Source: the human T2T-CHM13v2.0 reference genome, Homo sapiens. From it: a DNA stretch of 64,000 nt. This document shows, one piece after another, positions 1 through 19,889 of this stretch (positions within the stretch are counted from its first letter, which is position 1; every line of letters begins with the position of its first letter). Where the stretch lies: NCBI RefSeq assembly GCF_009914755.1, contig NC_060934.1; one strand, given 5' to 3'. Below the pieces are notes generated by a model. It saw nothing but the letters and a program-made list of their open reading frames with translations, was not told the origin of the DNA and ran no database searches. The translations under genes were made by a program, and so were the position numbers.

Positions 1-1933
1 GCTGGTCCCAGAATATGTGCTTGCCCACTCTGGAAGAGAACCAAGCATCTCCCCAGGAAGTAGAGGACAGATCCCATAGGCCACAGACACCCTGCCCCTG
101 GCTGTTCCCAAGGACCTCAGGATCAGGCAAACGGTGCCAAGGTTCTGTGGGGACAGTGGTTGCTGGGGGAGTGGCGGGCTTTCCAGCAGCAGCCTCACAC
201 TTTGGCCAAGATGTCAGGTGTGCACCATCTTAGCTGGTCCTCCCCACGGCCAGGCAGGGTCCATAGCATTGTAGCTGTTTTACAGATGAGGAAACTGAGG
301 TTTTGCTGCCTTCCTGCCCCACCACCACTGCAGAGTCGGCCCTCCTCAGCATGTTCTAGAGACTCTGATGTTAGACACAAAGTAGGACTGATTCTGCCTT
401 TCTCACAGAAGCACCAGACTCAGCTCGGGCAGCTACCACCTAGGATTCCTGCCTGAGGCTCTCAGGAGACATCTGTGAGAAGAAGACGCTGTGCTCCAGC
501 AGAGGAGGCCCAGAGGCAAGCAGTTGTGACCGAGGGAGGCACCAGGCCAGGCTCACAGTGGGTTCTCCAGGACAGAAGGAGCTACAAGAAGCCCCATAGA
601 CCCCCACAGCCTTGAGCACACTGTGTGTGGTGAAAACCAAAGAAGAGGGGAAGCTGTTAGGCAGGCTGCTTGATGGAGGCAGACATGGCATCAGTGGTTT
701 GAAATGAATGCAGCCCAAAAACATCTGGACTCCACCAGAGGCACTACGGGGCAAGGTGAGCCTGCATGAGTGGACCTCCATTCCCTGCCTGAGGCAGTGT
801 GGTGACAGTGAGACAGAGCGTGGACCTTCGAGTCTAAGGCAAATCTTTCTCCTGACATTTATGGGCTGTGTGACTGTAAACAGGTACTTAACCACTTTGA
901 GCCTCAGTTTCTACTGAAAAATAGGCACACAATCTCACCAGGCTGTGTGTGGAGCCGAGGAGACAATGCAGGCAAGGGGCGTGACCCCAGGCTGGGAAAA
1001 GTGAAACTCGCCCGCCCTCGTGCACTGCACTGAGATGGGAGGCCCTGCCCAAGCTGTGGGCTGTGTTTACCGAGGGCACATCTGAGCCCTGGGAAGCCCT
1101 TAGAAACCGGGATCCCATGACAATCTCCAGAACCCAAGAGCCTGCTGTCCACACAACACCTGTGGATGCAGAATCCCCTCTGCCAGGTGTGGGAAGGATT
1201 CTGAGCCAAGTGCCCACTGCACCCTGAGGAGCTGCCCTTCTTCACACACCCCAGCCCTGAGGGAGCCTCAGCAAGCCCAGGGCAGAGCGGTGAGTAAGGC
1301 TGGCAGGGAAAGAACACACTCAGGCTTTGCACACAGAGACACATAGAAATACCCAGTCACATACTCAAAGACCCACAAAATACCTGCCTCTGGAAAGACC
1401 TTCTTCTAACTCACCCACTTACCCTGGGGGACAGGGCAGGGCAAAGACCCAAGGCAGGTGTGCATCCCAGGCAAGGGGCACAGGTGACAGCACCATTCAG
1501 GGAGACTCCCTGGGCACAGAGTATGAGCTGGACCTTGTGAGTTCAGCTCGGTCTGTGGGGAAAGAAATTGAAGCTAGAAAGGGGACCCAGGCCCACAGCT
1601 CCAGCCAGGCATTGCTCCCCACTCTCACACACCTGCATGGGTGCACAATGCCGGTGCAGAAAGGCTGAAGGACAGTGTGTCTGACGTAAAAGATGCTTCA
1701 GTGCACTGGTCCAGGCCAATCCAGGATCATGGCAAGAGCTAGACCGGACTGCAACAAGAAGGCCTTGTGTCAGACCTAGGGATTTGGTCACAGCAGACCA
1801 AAAGGGCCACAGTGGCCTCTGGAAACACTGCCCTGAGATAGATAGGTGCCTTCCGGCAATGACCTTAGGCCAAACAGATAGAGAATGAGGCAAGTACTGT
1901 TGAGCTTGTCAAGCCACGCTGTAGCCCCAGGGG

Positions 1934-2102
1934 CAGTGGTATGCTAGGAAAGGTTTAACTGGCTCTCTGGAAGTAAATAAACCCCTGACTTGTAGCATTT
2001 ACCAACTTCCTTGATGTAAATATTTCCACCATGGTAGATTTCAAGCTACCAAGGGATATTACTAAGCATGGAGTTAGGACGCCAGCTTCCAGCATGCCCC
2101 TG
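1934..2102. mobile_element. MER63-like hAT DNA transposon (MITE)
   Basis: Ends cagtggtatgctag...ccagcatgcccctg (degenerate TIRs); internal tgtaaatatttccaccatggtagatttcaagctacc resembles the recalled MER63 consensus. Confidence 0.65.
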
Positions 2103-3276
2103 CACAGGGGTACCCACATGTGCCCAGTTCCATCATGGGGGTGGTGGAAGGGATGCTGCCAAGGAGAAAACGAGGGTGGGAACCAAAGCCTGAAACCTCA
2201 GGGAAAGCACACAGGGCAACCCATAAGGCCTGGTGAGTCAGCAAGTCAGAAGAGCACAAAATTCCTCTAGCAGTTTCCAGCAGCAGTCCAGCCTGGGATT
2301 TCTGAAACATGGTCACTTTCAATCCCCAGGCAGAAGACCCCCACCAGCCAGTTCAACTCAGGAGTCCCCAGAAGATGTCCCATTGCTAGAGGCAAAGCCC
2401 TGCCATGGCCTGCAGGAGGAACTCCCCAAAGATGTCCCATCCTGGGAGATTTACCGCTGAAACAGCCCAGCGGCAGCCCATGTGGCTCCACTGGGTCTTC
2501 TGAGGATCCCTCTTCTTCAAGGTACAGTCACTTCCTCTGTCCTGCTCAGAGCACAGCTGGAGCTCTCAGAGGCCAAGGCGGGGCAGGAAAGCGCCCCGTG
2601 CAAGCCACAGGCACCTGGCCCTGGGGTTCTGAATCAGCACTGCCATGGACTCTCAGAAGACAGGCCTTTCCGCCCATCCTTAATGAAAAGCATTATCCCA
2701 AGCCACCTCTCCCAAGAAGGTCTCCAGGCAAGCCTGGGGCTTGAGGGAATCACACAGCCAAAGAGGACCACAACGGTGCCCAACGTGACACCTAGAGCCT
2801 GAGTGGCTCTGGCCCAGCCCACAGGACTGGGTTTCTGTACCAGCCCTCCCAGAGCATCTGGGGGTGTCAGCTCCGCAGCAGCCACCTCAGAGCCAGCAGG
2901 CGGATGGCATGGTCCAGTGGACAGCGATTCTAATCAGGTCCCTGTCGCCCACCATCTGTATGTCCTTGGATGCACCACAAGCCTCAGTTGACTCCCCGGT
3001 AAAGTAGAGCTTCTCATAGGATTGTCGTTTGAGGCCTACAGGAGATAATGGCCCTAGCACAGTGCCTGCCCTCCATAGGCCCCATCACAAATGTGAGCTC
3101 CCCCAGGAGAGGGCAATGCCCTGTTCTTTAATGAATGGACCTGCTCTTCTCCCTGCTGGGCCTGCCCATCTTTAGGAGGGTCCCCACTTTGCTCCCCAAG
3201 GGACCAGTGAACCACAAAGAAGCATTGCAGAGAGCCTGCCATGGCTATGCACAACCTTTCTATTGTCTCTCTCCTA

Positions 3277-3313
3277 CACACACAAACACACCCACACACA
3301 TACACACACACAC
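3277..3313. repeat. Imperfect (CA)n microsatellite
   Basis: acacacacaaacacacccacacacatacacacacacac. Confidence 0.8.
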
Positions 3314-3645
3314 GTGCGCATGCACTCCAAGTGCCAGAAGACAACTGCTAACATGTTTGGCTGACAAAGGAGGAAGAGTCCTTCTTGGGGATGTGTCAGA
3401 GCAGGAGTGAAGCTATTTGGGGTCACGTTCTAAAAGCTGAATGGATTTCTGGATCCGTGCTTCCTGTCTATTTTCAGCCAAATGCCAACCCATTTAAAAT
3501 AGCATGTTTACTCACAGGTTCTCCTCTACACTCAAGTCAAGAAAAACGTTTACCCCCCACGCTTCCTCCCCCAACTCATTAAGCACTTCTGCTTTTCCCT
3601 GCCTTCAGACCGCCACCACCCGTTCAGCGTGACTTCCTTCTGAGG

Positions 3646-3807
3646 CAGTGGTTCTCAGACTTCAAGGCATACTAGAATCACCTGGAAAGTTTTAATACTC
3701 TCTACCCTATACCAGTTACATCAGAGCGTCTAGAAGCAGGACTAAGGCACCTGTATTTTTCGAAACTTCCCAAGGGATCCCAAGGTGCAGCCACTATGAA
3801 AAGCATG
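3646..3807. mobile_element. MER5-like hAT-Charlie DNA transposon fragment
   Basis: Starts cagtggttctcagactt...agaatcacctgga; contains ctgtatttt...cccaaggga...ggtgcagcca. Confidence 0.6.
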
Positions 3808-4600
3808 CTTTGGACCTGCCAGGGCAGCAAGAGCTTAAATTAAAGGGATGGTTCTCATCCTTCTCAAGCTCAAGAGAACCACTAGGGAAGGGACCTGGGG
3901 CAATAGAAGCGTTTCTGCCTCCAGCCCAGGGATTTGGTATGCAAGCCTGAAAGTTGGAAAGGAAGAAAATCCCCAAGTGCAAGGCCAACCCCACCAGTTC
4001 TGTGGGTCAGCTAGCTCTGTGTCTCTCCCATAACATTTTAGGCAATTAAGGAGGTATTGAAGAAAGAGAGATAAACTAGGACATCATGAGTCCATTAGAT
4101 TAGCTACTAACTGGCTTTATCTCTATTAACCGAGGTGGGGACCCAGAGGGTGAAGATGTCAGCAGGGCTCAGGCGTTCACATAAGTCCCATGGGAAAAGA
4201 GGAGGTTCTGCAGAGGCAGGTAGGGTGGGGGCTGTGCAAGGAAATGCCACACTGTAGACTGTCTAAAAGATTTCCAAGCTTCAAAGACAGATGGTTTTAA
4301 AGACCAAAAAGTTGGAGCAATATGAATAATCTACTTTAGGGCCATTTAGAAGCCTTTTAATTCCAGACCAGTATGTGGTCATTAGAAACTTGAAATAGTA
4401 ATTCTACCTAAACCACTCACTTCCAGAGTCTTCATAGCATGATTCATATCAAGCATTTCAGAAAGCAAACGCCGGAGGAACACGCTCTTCCCTAAAGATT
4501 TCAGCGAAGCACCTGGAGTTAGAAACCCTACGCGGCATGCCAGGAAATACGTTACACACAGTTTTTCATTTAATCCTTAACTCTGTGATGTGGGTGGTAT

Positions 4601-5003
4601 ATTTTTTTCAAGCAGCTTTATTGAGATATAATTTACATGCCAAAAAATTCACCTGTCTTAAGTGTACAATTGAATGGCTTATTATATTCAGACTCTTGCA
4701 ACCACCACTACAATCTAATTTCAGAACTTTCCCATCAACTCAAAAAAGGAACCTCATTACCATCAGCAATTACTCTCTACACTCCCCTACCCCCATCCCA
4801 CCCTAGCCCCTGGCAGCCACTTTCTGTGTCTATGGATTCAGCTATCCTGGACATTGCATATAAGTGGAATCATACAATATGTGGTCTTTAGTGGCTAGCT
4901 TCTTTCACTTGGCATAATGTTTTCAAGGTTCATCGCTACCCTAGCACTCATCAGTACTTCATTACTTTTTGTGGCCAAATAATACTCCATTGTGTGAGTA
5001 TAC
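4601..5003 (-). mobile_element. Old L1M (L1MB-like) 3' end fragment
   Basis: Antisense L1M 3'UTR hallmarks: cagctttattgagatataatttacat...agtggaatcatacaatatgtggtcttt...tttcaaggttcatc. Confidence 0.8.
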
Positions 5004-5660
5004 ATCAGGTACATATTCATGCATACACCTACTTTATCATCATTTTGCAGATAGGGAGTTACTGCCCCAGGTCAGAGGATTACTGAGTGCAATGCTAGGC
5101 AGTCTGCCTCCAGAGCCCACACTTAAGCCTCTATAAACCTCCCTCCCACCGCAAAGTACTGCCCTACTTAATCCCATGGTATGAATCATTTTCTAGCAAA
5201 AAATAATATGACTATATTATATGCATGTAATTTTGCAGAAGTATCCAGGGATAAAAGCAATCTGTCCAGGAAACTCGATTGATAGTTTCCTGTTCTCATT
5301 AATATTTGCTCATTACTTATCCATCCATCCTGCCATCTGCTCCTCTCTCTAGCCGGCAAGTGATAACAGCACCTAATATTCCAGAAAAGTTAAGGCCGTA
5401 AAACCTAAAATAAAAAGCACACAAGATTCCTGTATAACTAAGAAAAAAATGCTATTATATGATTTTATTTTACTTGTTATTATAAAAAAATTTCAAACAT
5501 TGGAAAAAAGGGTAGTGGGCCTTGTGTATGTCTTACCCAACTTCAGTTGTTACCACCTACACCTCACCCACCCTCAAATTAAGTTGAAGAAAATCTCCAG
5601 CATCACATCTTTCACATGTATACATTTCAATTGTGTCTCCAAGAGACAAGGATTTTTCCT

Positions 5661-5979
<319 letters not shown>

Positions 5980-6194
5980 TAAATGCAATGCCATAAGCAT
6001 ACCTACAAAAAGTAAACAAACCCTTACTATCTTCCAATATCCAGCCAGTATTCACATCTTCCCATGGTCACACACATTTTTTTTTATAATTTTTTCAAAT
6101 CAGAATCCTGACAAAGTCTATACATATAGCCAATTGTTTGATACATCTCTTAAATCACTTTTAGTCTAAACTTTCCTCCTCAGTCTTCTTTTCT

Positions 6195-7762
<1,568 letters not shown>

Positions 7763-8344
7763 TAAAGATGTGTGTGAATATGCGTGGCAGGGGAAGTATA
7801 TGTGTTTAGATATAGATACAGCAATAGCTATAGGGATGGGTACAGGGAGTAGCCACAGATAGACTGTCTCAACTTGTGGATCTGGTTATTCTCTGTGTAT
7901 TTCTCTCTCCCCTTTCTCACTCACTTACTCCCAAAAGGCCATTTCCTCTACCTCTTTGCCCTCAATAAAGCAAAAAAAAAAAAAAAGACTCCAAGAAAGT
8001 GGTGGCCTAAGTTACCCTCTGTCTTTATAAAAACATCTCCCTCTTGATACCATGATCCCTCCTTCAATGGCCACCATGCCTCCATACCCTTTGACAAAGA
8101 GAATTCCATATGACCTAGCCAGCTGGCTCCACTTCCTCTCTTCCTGCCATCTCTCGAACCCACCCCATCTGCCCACTGCCCCACTGCAACGGCTCTTGTC
8201 AAGGACATCACGGACCTTTCCGCTGTTAACCCGGTGGTTGACACTCACACCAATGCACCTCCAGTGCCCAGAGCTGTGCCTGGCACAGGGGAGTGTTTGG
8301 TAAATGTTTGTGGAATGAATTCACTTAGGGGGAATGAGTCACTA

Positions 8345-8773
<429 letters not shown>

Positions 8774-8784
8774 AGAATCAGCTG

Positions 8785-9480
8785 TTGGGCTGAGTTCTGG
8801 GCTAGATGCTGGGGATACAGAGGTGAACAAAGCGTATTTCCTGTCTTTGAACACCACGTTCTGGGGCTGAAGGAGGAGGAGAGTAGGATATGGAAGCAAA
8901 TGAATAATAGCACAGTGTTGGAGCATGATAGTTGTCATCAAAAAAAGAACAGAAATAGCACAAGGAGAGTGTATCTAATGTTACCTAAAAGAATGGGGAA
9001 CTTGGCCTTATTATATTCATCATGGCACGAGGTGAAAGAAAGGCATTTCCAGGCAGGAAGATCAGCATGTGCAAAGGCACTGAGGCCTGAAAAAATGGAG
9101 GCATAAGCAAGGAGCAGCCTGTGCATGCGCTGAGAGCTAAAGCAGTTCAGCACTGCCGGAGACCAAAGGCAAATGAGTGAGAAGACGAGGAGATGATCGT
9201 GCAAAAGAAGGGAGGGGCCAGGTGGGAAAGGGTCCTGGATATGAAGCTGCAAAGCTTGAACTTGACCCTGAGGCAATGAAGAGCTACTGAAGGTTTTCAA
9301 GCTTGGATCTGACTAATCAGACTCATATTCCCAAGTCTCCTCTGGTGACCAATGGGGTGAATTAGAGAAAGAAGACATTGGTGACAGAAAGCCTTGATAG
9401 GTCGCTATTGTGCCAGTCTAGGTAAGAAATGATGAGGGACTGTAATGGTGCAGATGGAGGAGTAGATGCAAGGATGCTTG
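8785..9480 (-). mobile_element. Degraded L2 LINE fragments
   Basis: L2-like motifs ctgggctagatgctggggatacag, catttccaggcaggaagatcagcatgtgcaaaggcactgagg, gagctactgaaggttttcaagc. Confidence 0.6.
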
Positions 9481-9996
9481 AAAAGGTCAGTGTTCAATCA
9501 CTGAAAGCTGTGAAAAGGTGTCAGCTTTCTCAGTGGCCGTGGCAAAAGTAAGAAACATCATCCAGTGGCAGTGATGTCACCAGCCAAGACAAAAGTAGAC
9601 CAGATCTGGAGGAGAAATGGTGAGTTCAGATTCAGCATCTGTGAGACAGCCCCAGGCATGCACGGTACAGTTTCCACCGTATCACTGTCTGGTGCCCTTC
9701 GCCCCCACCCCCTACAGCAGCAAACCCCAACAGCACCCAGGATCCCGACCTCCCCCGAGAGAGATGAACACACCCTCCAGGAACAAGCACTTCCAAACAG
9801 CAAGAAAATCCTAGGGAGGAAAAAGCCAGGTCTGCTCCTGAGAACTTACTTGCCTTTAACACTCAGCGAAAAGGGTTATTTAGACCAATTACAGTGCATT
9901 GTCTTTTCCCTACTCCCTCCAATTACGGCTGCTTCTGAGCCACCCCGTGGGAAAACCCTGCTCAACATTCAACTTACTTCTCTGGAGGCTTCAGGC

Positions 9997-10572
9997 AGGA
10001 GAGAGAGAGAGAGAGACAGAGAGAGATCCCAGTGTGTGCATATGTGCATGAGAGACAGAGACTGTGTATGGGGGGGTGGGTGCATGCATTACAGAGAGAG
10101 AGACAGAAGCTTTAGCGTGTGCATGCATGTGTGCATGAGAGAGACAGAGATTTTGGTGTGTGTGTGCATGCATGAGAAAAACAGACAGATTCCAGTATGT
10201 GTGTATGTGCATGAGACAGAGACAGTGTGTGTGTGCACATGCATGACACAGAGAAAGAGACTTTAGCATGTGTATGCATGTGTGTGTGAGAGACAGAGAT
10301 CCATTTGGTGTGTATGAGAGAAAGAGACAGAGGCAGAGAGAGATTCCAGTGTGTGTATATGTGCATGAGCGAGACAGTGTGTGCGTGCGTGTGTGTGCCT
10401 GTGTGTGCATGCATTACAGAGAAACAGAAATAGAGACTTTAGCGTATGCATGCGTGTGTGCACGAGACAGACAGAGACTTCAGTGTATGTGTGTGTGTGT
10501 GCATGAAAGAGACAGAAACAAAGGCTCCAGTATGTGTGTAAAAGAGACGGAGAGACAGTGAGACAAAGAGAT
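9997..10572. repeat. Compound (GA)n/(TG)n/(TGCA)n degenerate satellite-like repeat
   Basis: Recurring agagacagaga-(t)tccag-tgtgtg-tgcatg blocks. Confidence 0.85.
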
Positions 10573-13500
10573 CCCAGTCCACCACCGTGAAGAACATACT
10601 ATGCTCCCCTCCGTGGGGACAAAGCCGAGACACAGCCTTGAGGGGCACCAGGGGTGAGGTGTGAGTTTTCAAGTGAGGAGGACTCTGGCTTCCTGTAAAC
10701 CTCTGTGCTGAGATTTCACTTCAGAAATCAGCTCCACTCCACAAAAACCAAATCTCCAAAGTCAGTTCCCCAAGTGACAAAATCTTCGAGTGAGCAGTTC
10801 TCCTAGTGGCCAACTCACCAGAAACCAGGTCACAAAATCACTTGTCTCCCAAATGACCTCTGGCTGATTTTCCAGATGACCAAATTATTGAGCATTTTTT
10901 TTCTTACGTTTTATATCCATCGTGCCCTTCTTTTGGACACAGCCCCAAACCTTCCCCTGCCTGCCTATTTGCACACAAAAGCGGGAGCAGTGGAGGGAGG
11001 ACAGGGGGAGAAGAAGCAAGGCTGGGTGACAGCAAGTCACTCAGTTAACAGGCTCTCCAGAGGCAACCTGGCCTGATTTTTGGCAAACGGTGCTGGGTTA
11101 TTAGTGAGGACATTCAGGCCCAGGTTCAAGCTCATAGGCCATTTCATGAGGGTGTTAGGCCCAGGAAGGGCCTCTGCCACAGGGGACAGGCACAAGAGAG
11201 CCCATGCGCCACCTCCAGATGACCAGCAGGCGGCTCGTGCATCCACCCCGGGGCGTTCTACACACAGAGAACTACGGTCTCCTTAAACTAAGCGACTCCT
11301 CATTTCCATGCATCAGACCCTGGGAGCCACCTCCAGGCCTCCTGGCCCTTTCTGCCTTTGAGAGGCTCTGATTTCACTCCCCTCCCTGAACCCATGGTTT
11401 CTCCCCAGCCTCCCTGCTTGATTCGGAGTGAGACCATTTAGCCCAGAGACCCTCAAAGCCAGTGCCATGTCCAGGGAAGCCTTAGAGTGTTTCCTGATGG
11501 GGAGAATTTTCTCTGTCGCTTTGAGCCAAGAGCCTTGACCTTGGGCAGGCATTGCAGAGGCTGGAGGGTCTGGTTTACCCTCAGGCCTTGCCCCAGCTGC
11601 ACACTCCTGGGGCTAATAGGAGAGCTGGGACTGGAGCCATCCCAGGTCCCAGCCTAGCCTGAGCCAAGGATGGGATGGAATGCCTGGGGCTTAGGTCATC
11701 AGACCAAAGGTGTTTCCAGGCTCCAGACCCAATCCCCACCCAGAAGGGAGAAATCCCCCCAAGACAGTACACAGGCTAAGTTCCCGGGCCTCCACTGGGG
11801 CCCACAGCACACACATTCCCAAAGCAAGCCCAGCTACCTTCCTCTTCCTGCCACCAGCTCACAAAGCCAGACTGGCCAGGCTTGTCTCACAGCAGCCCCC
11901 ACCCATGCCCCAGCCCCGGACTGCAGCCCTCCTCCCTCTTCCCCTCCCTCCATCTTTCTCCTTGCTCTCCTGGGATCAGCCAGACATTTACTCATTCAAA
12001 TTTCTCTGAGGCTCTCCCCGATGGCGTGCCAGGCAGCTTCACTGAGGTGACCTCCTCTGGTCCTCCACGACCCCAGCAGGGAGTCACTTCCATCCCAGCT
12101 TTCAAGGACGGAAACTATGGCTCAGACAGTTCTACTTACTTGTCCAAGGTCACACAATTTGCAAGTGGAAAGCCACAGAGAACTGCATTTCATTTTCTCT
12201 GACAGTTTGTGGGGCCTCAAGTCCCCTTCTGCTCCCTGGGTCCCCAGTCACTGCTCCAACTGGCCACGGGACAGTGTCCTACCCTCTATGGGAACATCTG
12301 TACGAACCTCAGGGCCACAGCCAATCAATCACAATGACTCTCCTAGCCCAAACCAGTGCATCATGTCTAAATACACATAAACGTCGGCTAGGATTTCAGC
12401 TACTTCAATCCAGGGAGGTCTAACAATGAAACACCACCACAACATGATCCTCCCCAGGGCATCCTCCAGAGGGTCATGAGGAAGCCCATCTTCCCCCGTA
12501 AAGTGGAGAGAAGAGGAGGCCTACATTTATTACACACACACCTCAGTCTGAATCCCATGCTGCACATGGGCGGGAGGGAGCCAAAGAATGAGTCCAGAAA
12601 GACGCAGAAGGGTCTGAATCCCTTGCAGAGGCCTGAGGCACCACAAAGAAACCAGAGCTCCATCAACCTATGGCAGAGGCCAAGTCAAGAGTCTGGGAGC
12701 CAGTGGGCAGGGCGGAGCAGGAGCAGGCTGGACAAAGGGAGGCCAGCCCAGTGGTGGAGTGGTGGAGAGGTGCAGGAGAGGTGGCCGCCAGCTAGCTTGT
12801 GAGCAGAAGGCTCCGGCTGGTGCACCAGAAGGACACTAGAGAACACCAGGGGTGGGCACCATGCCTGGGGCCCGCAGTGATTGGCTCAGCAACTCCTCTC
12901 CTCCATGCCACAGGCAGGAGCCCCTCATTTTACCGACAAATGGCATAGAGGCCCAGAGTGATCGAACAGCTGCCCAGGGCCATGCTTGGGCAGGTGTGAC
13001 AGTCCTATATGATACTCTGTAAGAAAAGTGACTCTAGGACCTCAGAGGTTGTCCTCAGAGTGCCCCATACTGACCACGTCCTAACCATAATTAAAACTGG
13101 TGGTCTGCTGAGCAGAGGACAGGTCCTGAGGTCAGGGGCAATGATGCTTTGAAGGACCAAGGTTGCCAGCTCCATGTGCTCCCTGTCCCAAGCTGGGCTG
13201 GGCAGAGGCCTGAGCACCCAGGAGCTTTAAAGAACAAAACCCAAGTGCACCCACTTCCTAGGCTTCCCGACATATGCCAAAAGCTGCTCCACAAAAGGCT
13301 CCCTCTCCATGTGAGCTGCAGGCAGGAACAAGGCGCTGCCTGCAGCTCACAGGAGCAGGGCTGGACAGAGGGAGGGCCTGCTCCACCACCTGCGGCCAGG
13401 CCCGGGAACTGGGCTGTGAACATCCTCAGAGACTGTGACACAAATGGCAATAAGATCCCTGTAGCCCCCTCCTGAAATAGGACTTGGGGAGACCAGTGCC

Positions 13501-15595
13501 AGACCAGAGAGGCCAAAGGCTCTGTAAGGGAACTGGCAAGCTCTGGGCTCAGGGAAGGCTAACCTGGAGGGGCAGAGATGGTGCTGAGGACCAGGGCAGG
13601 CAAGTGAGGGTCCTCGCTTGGATGCTGGCCATGAGGACAGCCAAGCCCAGGCTGAACCTCCCCCGAACACACAGTGCTTGGGCAGGATACAGCCACGAGG
13701 CTGTACAAGCCACACACACCCCCAACCATGCAGGTGTGCAGAGCAACCCCCAGTACAGGTGCCAGGAGCAGGGCACGTTCCCTGGTATTTGCTTACAAAC
13801 CTTCACTCTTATCCCCACAGGTGAACTTGGTTAGCTGCACCCACCCAAGGCCTCCCACTGCAACCATCACTTTACAAATCCAGGAGATCAGGCTGGCGGT
13901 GCAGGGCTGCATGGTCTCCCATCCAGCTGCCCCTGAAGCTGTGGCCCCCAGGACCTGGCTCTCCCCTGGGAAATGGAGTGCTTGTTCTCAGAGGTGCAGA
14001 GCAATGCTGATTGAATGCAGGTAGGTTGCCTCTTCCAGTGGACACTAACATGAACCCAGAGAGGGAAGCAACAGCTCCCAGCCCCGCTAGTACATGGGAA
14101 CAGACTTCTCTGGGAGTGATTTAGAGAAACAAGGAGGAGACAGTCACAGTGGGTCCAGGAAAGGATTAGGAAAGAATGCCTGTGCCCATGGACACCTGAG
14201 GGGTGAACTAGAGTCATCTGTCCACCCTTCCTTGAAGTATAGACACTTTAGGCATATGGTGAAAAGTATGGACTTTCCCTAGAGAAAAAAACAGAAACAC
14301 AGACACACACATACTTTTCCATAACTATTTCAAGGAGCTTATGGGGTCTATGAGCCCAGGGGAAGAACCTCTGATTAAGAGAGTCATGTTGTATCCAGGA
14401 CATTACATAATAACAAGTTTTCTTAATTACTCAGTGGTACTTATCTTGTTGGCTTTCTTAGTTATTTATTCTCTGTCTCCTATGCCAGGCTATAGCTCCA
14501 TGAGGGCAGGAACGTTGACCCCCTCATTCTCCATGAATCCCCAGAACCTAGCATGCAAAAGGTACACAATAAATACTCATTGGACGAATACATGAATTTA
14601 CAACTTAGTGTTGCAGTACTTAGAATTTGCTGGCATGGAGCAAACAACAAAAAGTGAAGTGGGCTTCTTTAAGAGCTTAATGACTTCAGACTCCGCACTC
14701 GACCCCTGCATCAATTCCACATCAGTCTCCGTGGGTGCAGACAGCCTTAGAGCTGTGTGCTCGCCCTTCCATTGAGACTATGGGGTGAGACCATGGCTGC
14801 ATGCAGAATTCCAGGGTCTGCGGGTGCTTCCCCGTAGCCTAACCCTGAGGGGCTGCCCAGTGGCCCTGGTGAGCAGCCAGAGAGCTGGCATGGATACCTC
14901 TCTCCCGGCCCCAAGCAGGGGGCGACTCCGGGCCACGGAGACTCCAGGCATCAGTGGGGGAGCCTCCACACTGCATGCCATTGATCGCCACTAATGAATT
15001 TCTTTGTGGAAAGGAACAAACTGCTCCACAGTGAGACTGGCCAAGGCCGCCCCAGCACGGCAGCCTGGTGTCTCGGGCATGCTAATTACCGTGCTGTCTG
15101 AGTTCATCTGATCGGCTTCTGCCTACCACTGTTCCATAACCGACACACTAATCTGTCCCCACCTGATGGCTTCTGAGCAGGCCAGAGATGTACTAATAAA
15201 CCTTAATGCAGACTGGTGATAAAGGAAGAAAATTATAACATGGAGATAAAAACTGTGATGTCAGCTTCTAGATTGCAATGCACTTAGCTTCCTTTGTCAT
15301 ACATTTCAAGGACTATTCGTTGAAACTGCTCATTGCATTTCGGGTCCCTGCTATAATATAATCCTGACTGCTCCACCCTTTCTCTCTCGTGTGTGACAGG
15401 AATTCCAGCAAGTCAGCACCGCTTGCTTATGTGGTAGATGTTACACAGATGGATTCTCAAACTAACAAGTCTTTGCAGACCATAAGGGATATGCGATTAT
15501 TTGAATGAATTCAGGAGTGATGGTTTCTTTGGCATGGACAAAGAACCCCTGTGACGGGCAGCATGGTATCAGGAAAAGGCAACGGAATTTGTTCA

Positions 15596-19140
<3,545 letters not shown>

Positions 19141-19889
19141 GAGGACTTTCTGCTTCTCTAAGGGACAATGGGGCTTCAAGCTTCATAGCCACCAGTGTTT
19201 GTCTTTCTTGATGGGTGACCTTAATCAAGTTCAATAGCCTGCCTGAACCTCAGTTTTCCCATCTGGAAAATGGGGCCAAAAGTACCTAACTTACAGAGGT
19301 GTTACGAAAACTCCATGGGGCCAGTTTTTTTTAAACACTAAACTCAATGCTGGCATGCAGTGATTATTCAAATGCTTCTTCTTTCCTGTCCCCATGACAA
19401 GCAACCACTTCATCACTTCCTTGGGTGACAACCCCAGAGCACATAAGAAGCACACCATAGCCACAAAACACAGAGATCAATGCAGCCACAAGAGAGTCCA
19501 GCAGATCTGATCTATTCATTTAGAGAGAAGCAAACTGAGGTAGAGAGACTAACTCCCAGGCAGAAGCAACTGTTCCTCTGGACTAGCTTTAGAGGTTTAA
19601 GCTGGGGAAACCAGGTTTTCTATGACACTCAGTGCCTTGGTGGACATCCCAGAGAAGAGCCAAGGAAAGGCAGCCCCAAATCCCTTTTAGCTTTTACCTT
19701 ATCATTTGACCATCCCCAGAGGACAGAGATCCAGGTGGGTTGTGGTAGGAAAAGTATGGTCATTGGGGGCGGGGCGGGGCTCAGACCTCTTTTGCCACTT
19801 GCTGTCTCTGCGACCTCAGAAAAATTACTTCACCTCCCTGAGTCTCCATTTCCTCATTGGTAAAATTGGGTTGATAATAATATCAAGCA

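Noticed and set aside
9565-10561. 233-aa ORF and overlapping Cys/Val/His-rich ORFs
   Set aside because: Derived from the GA/TG compound repeat.
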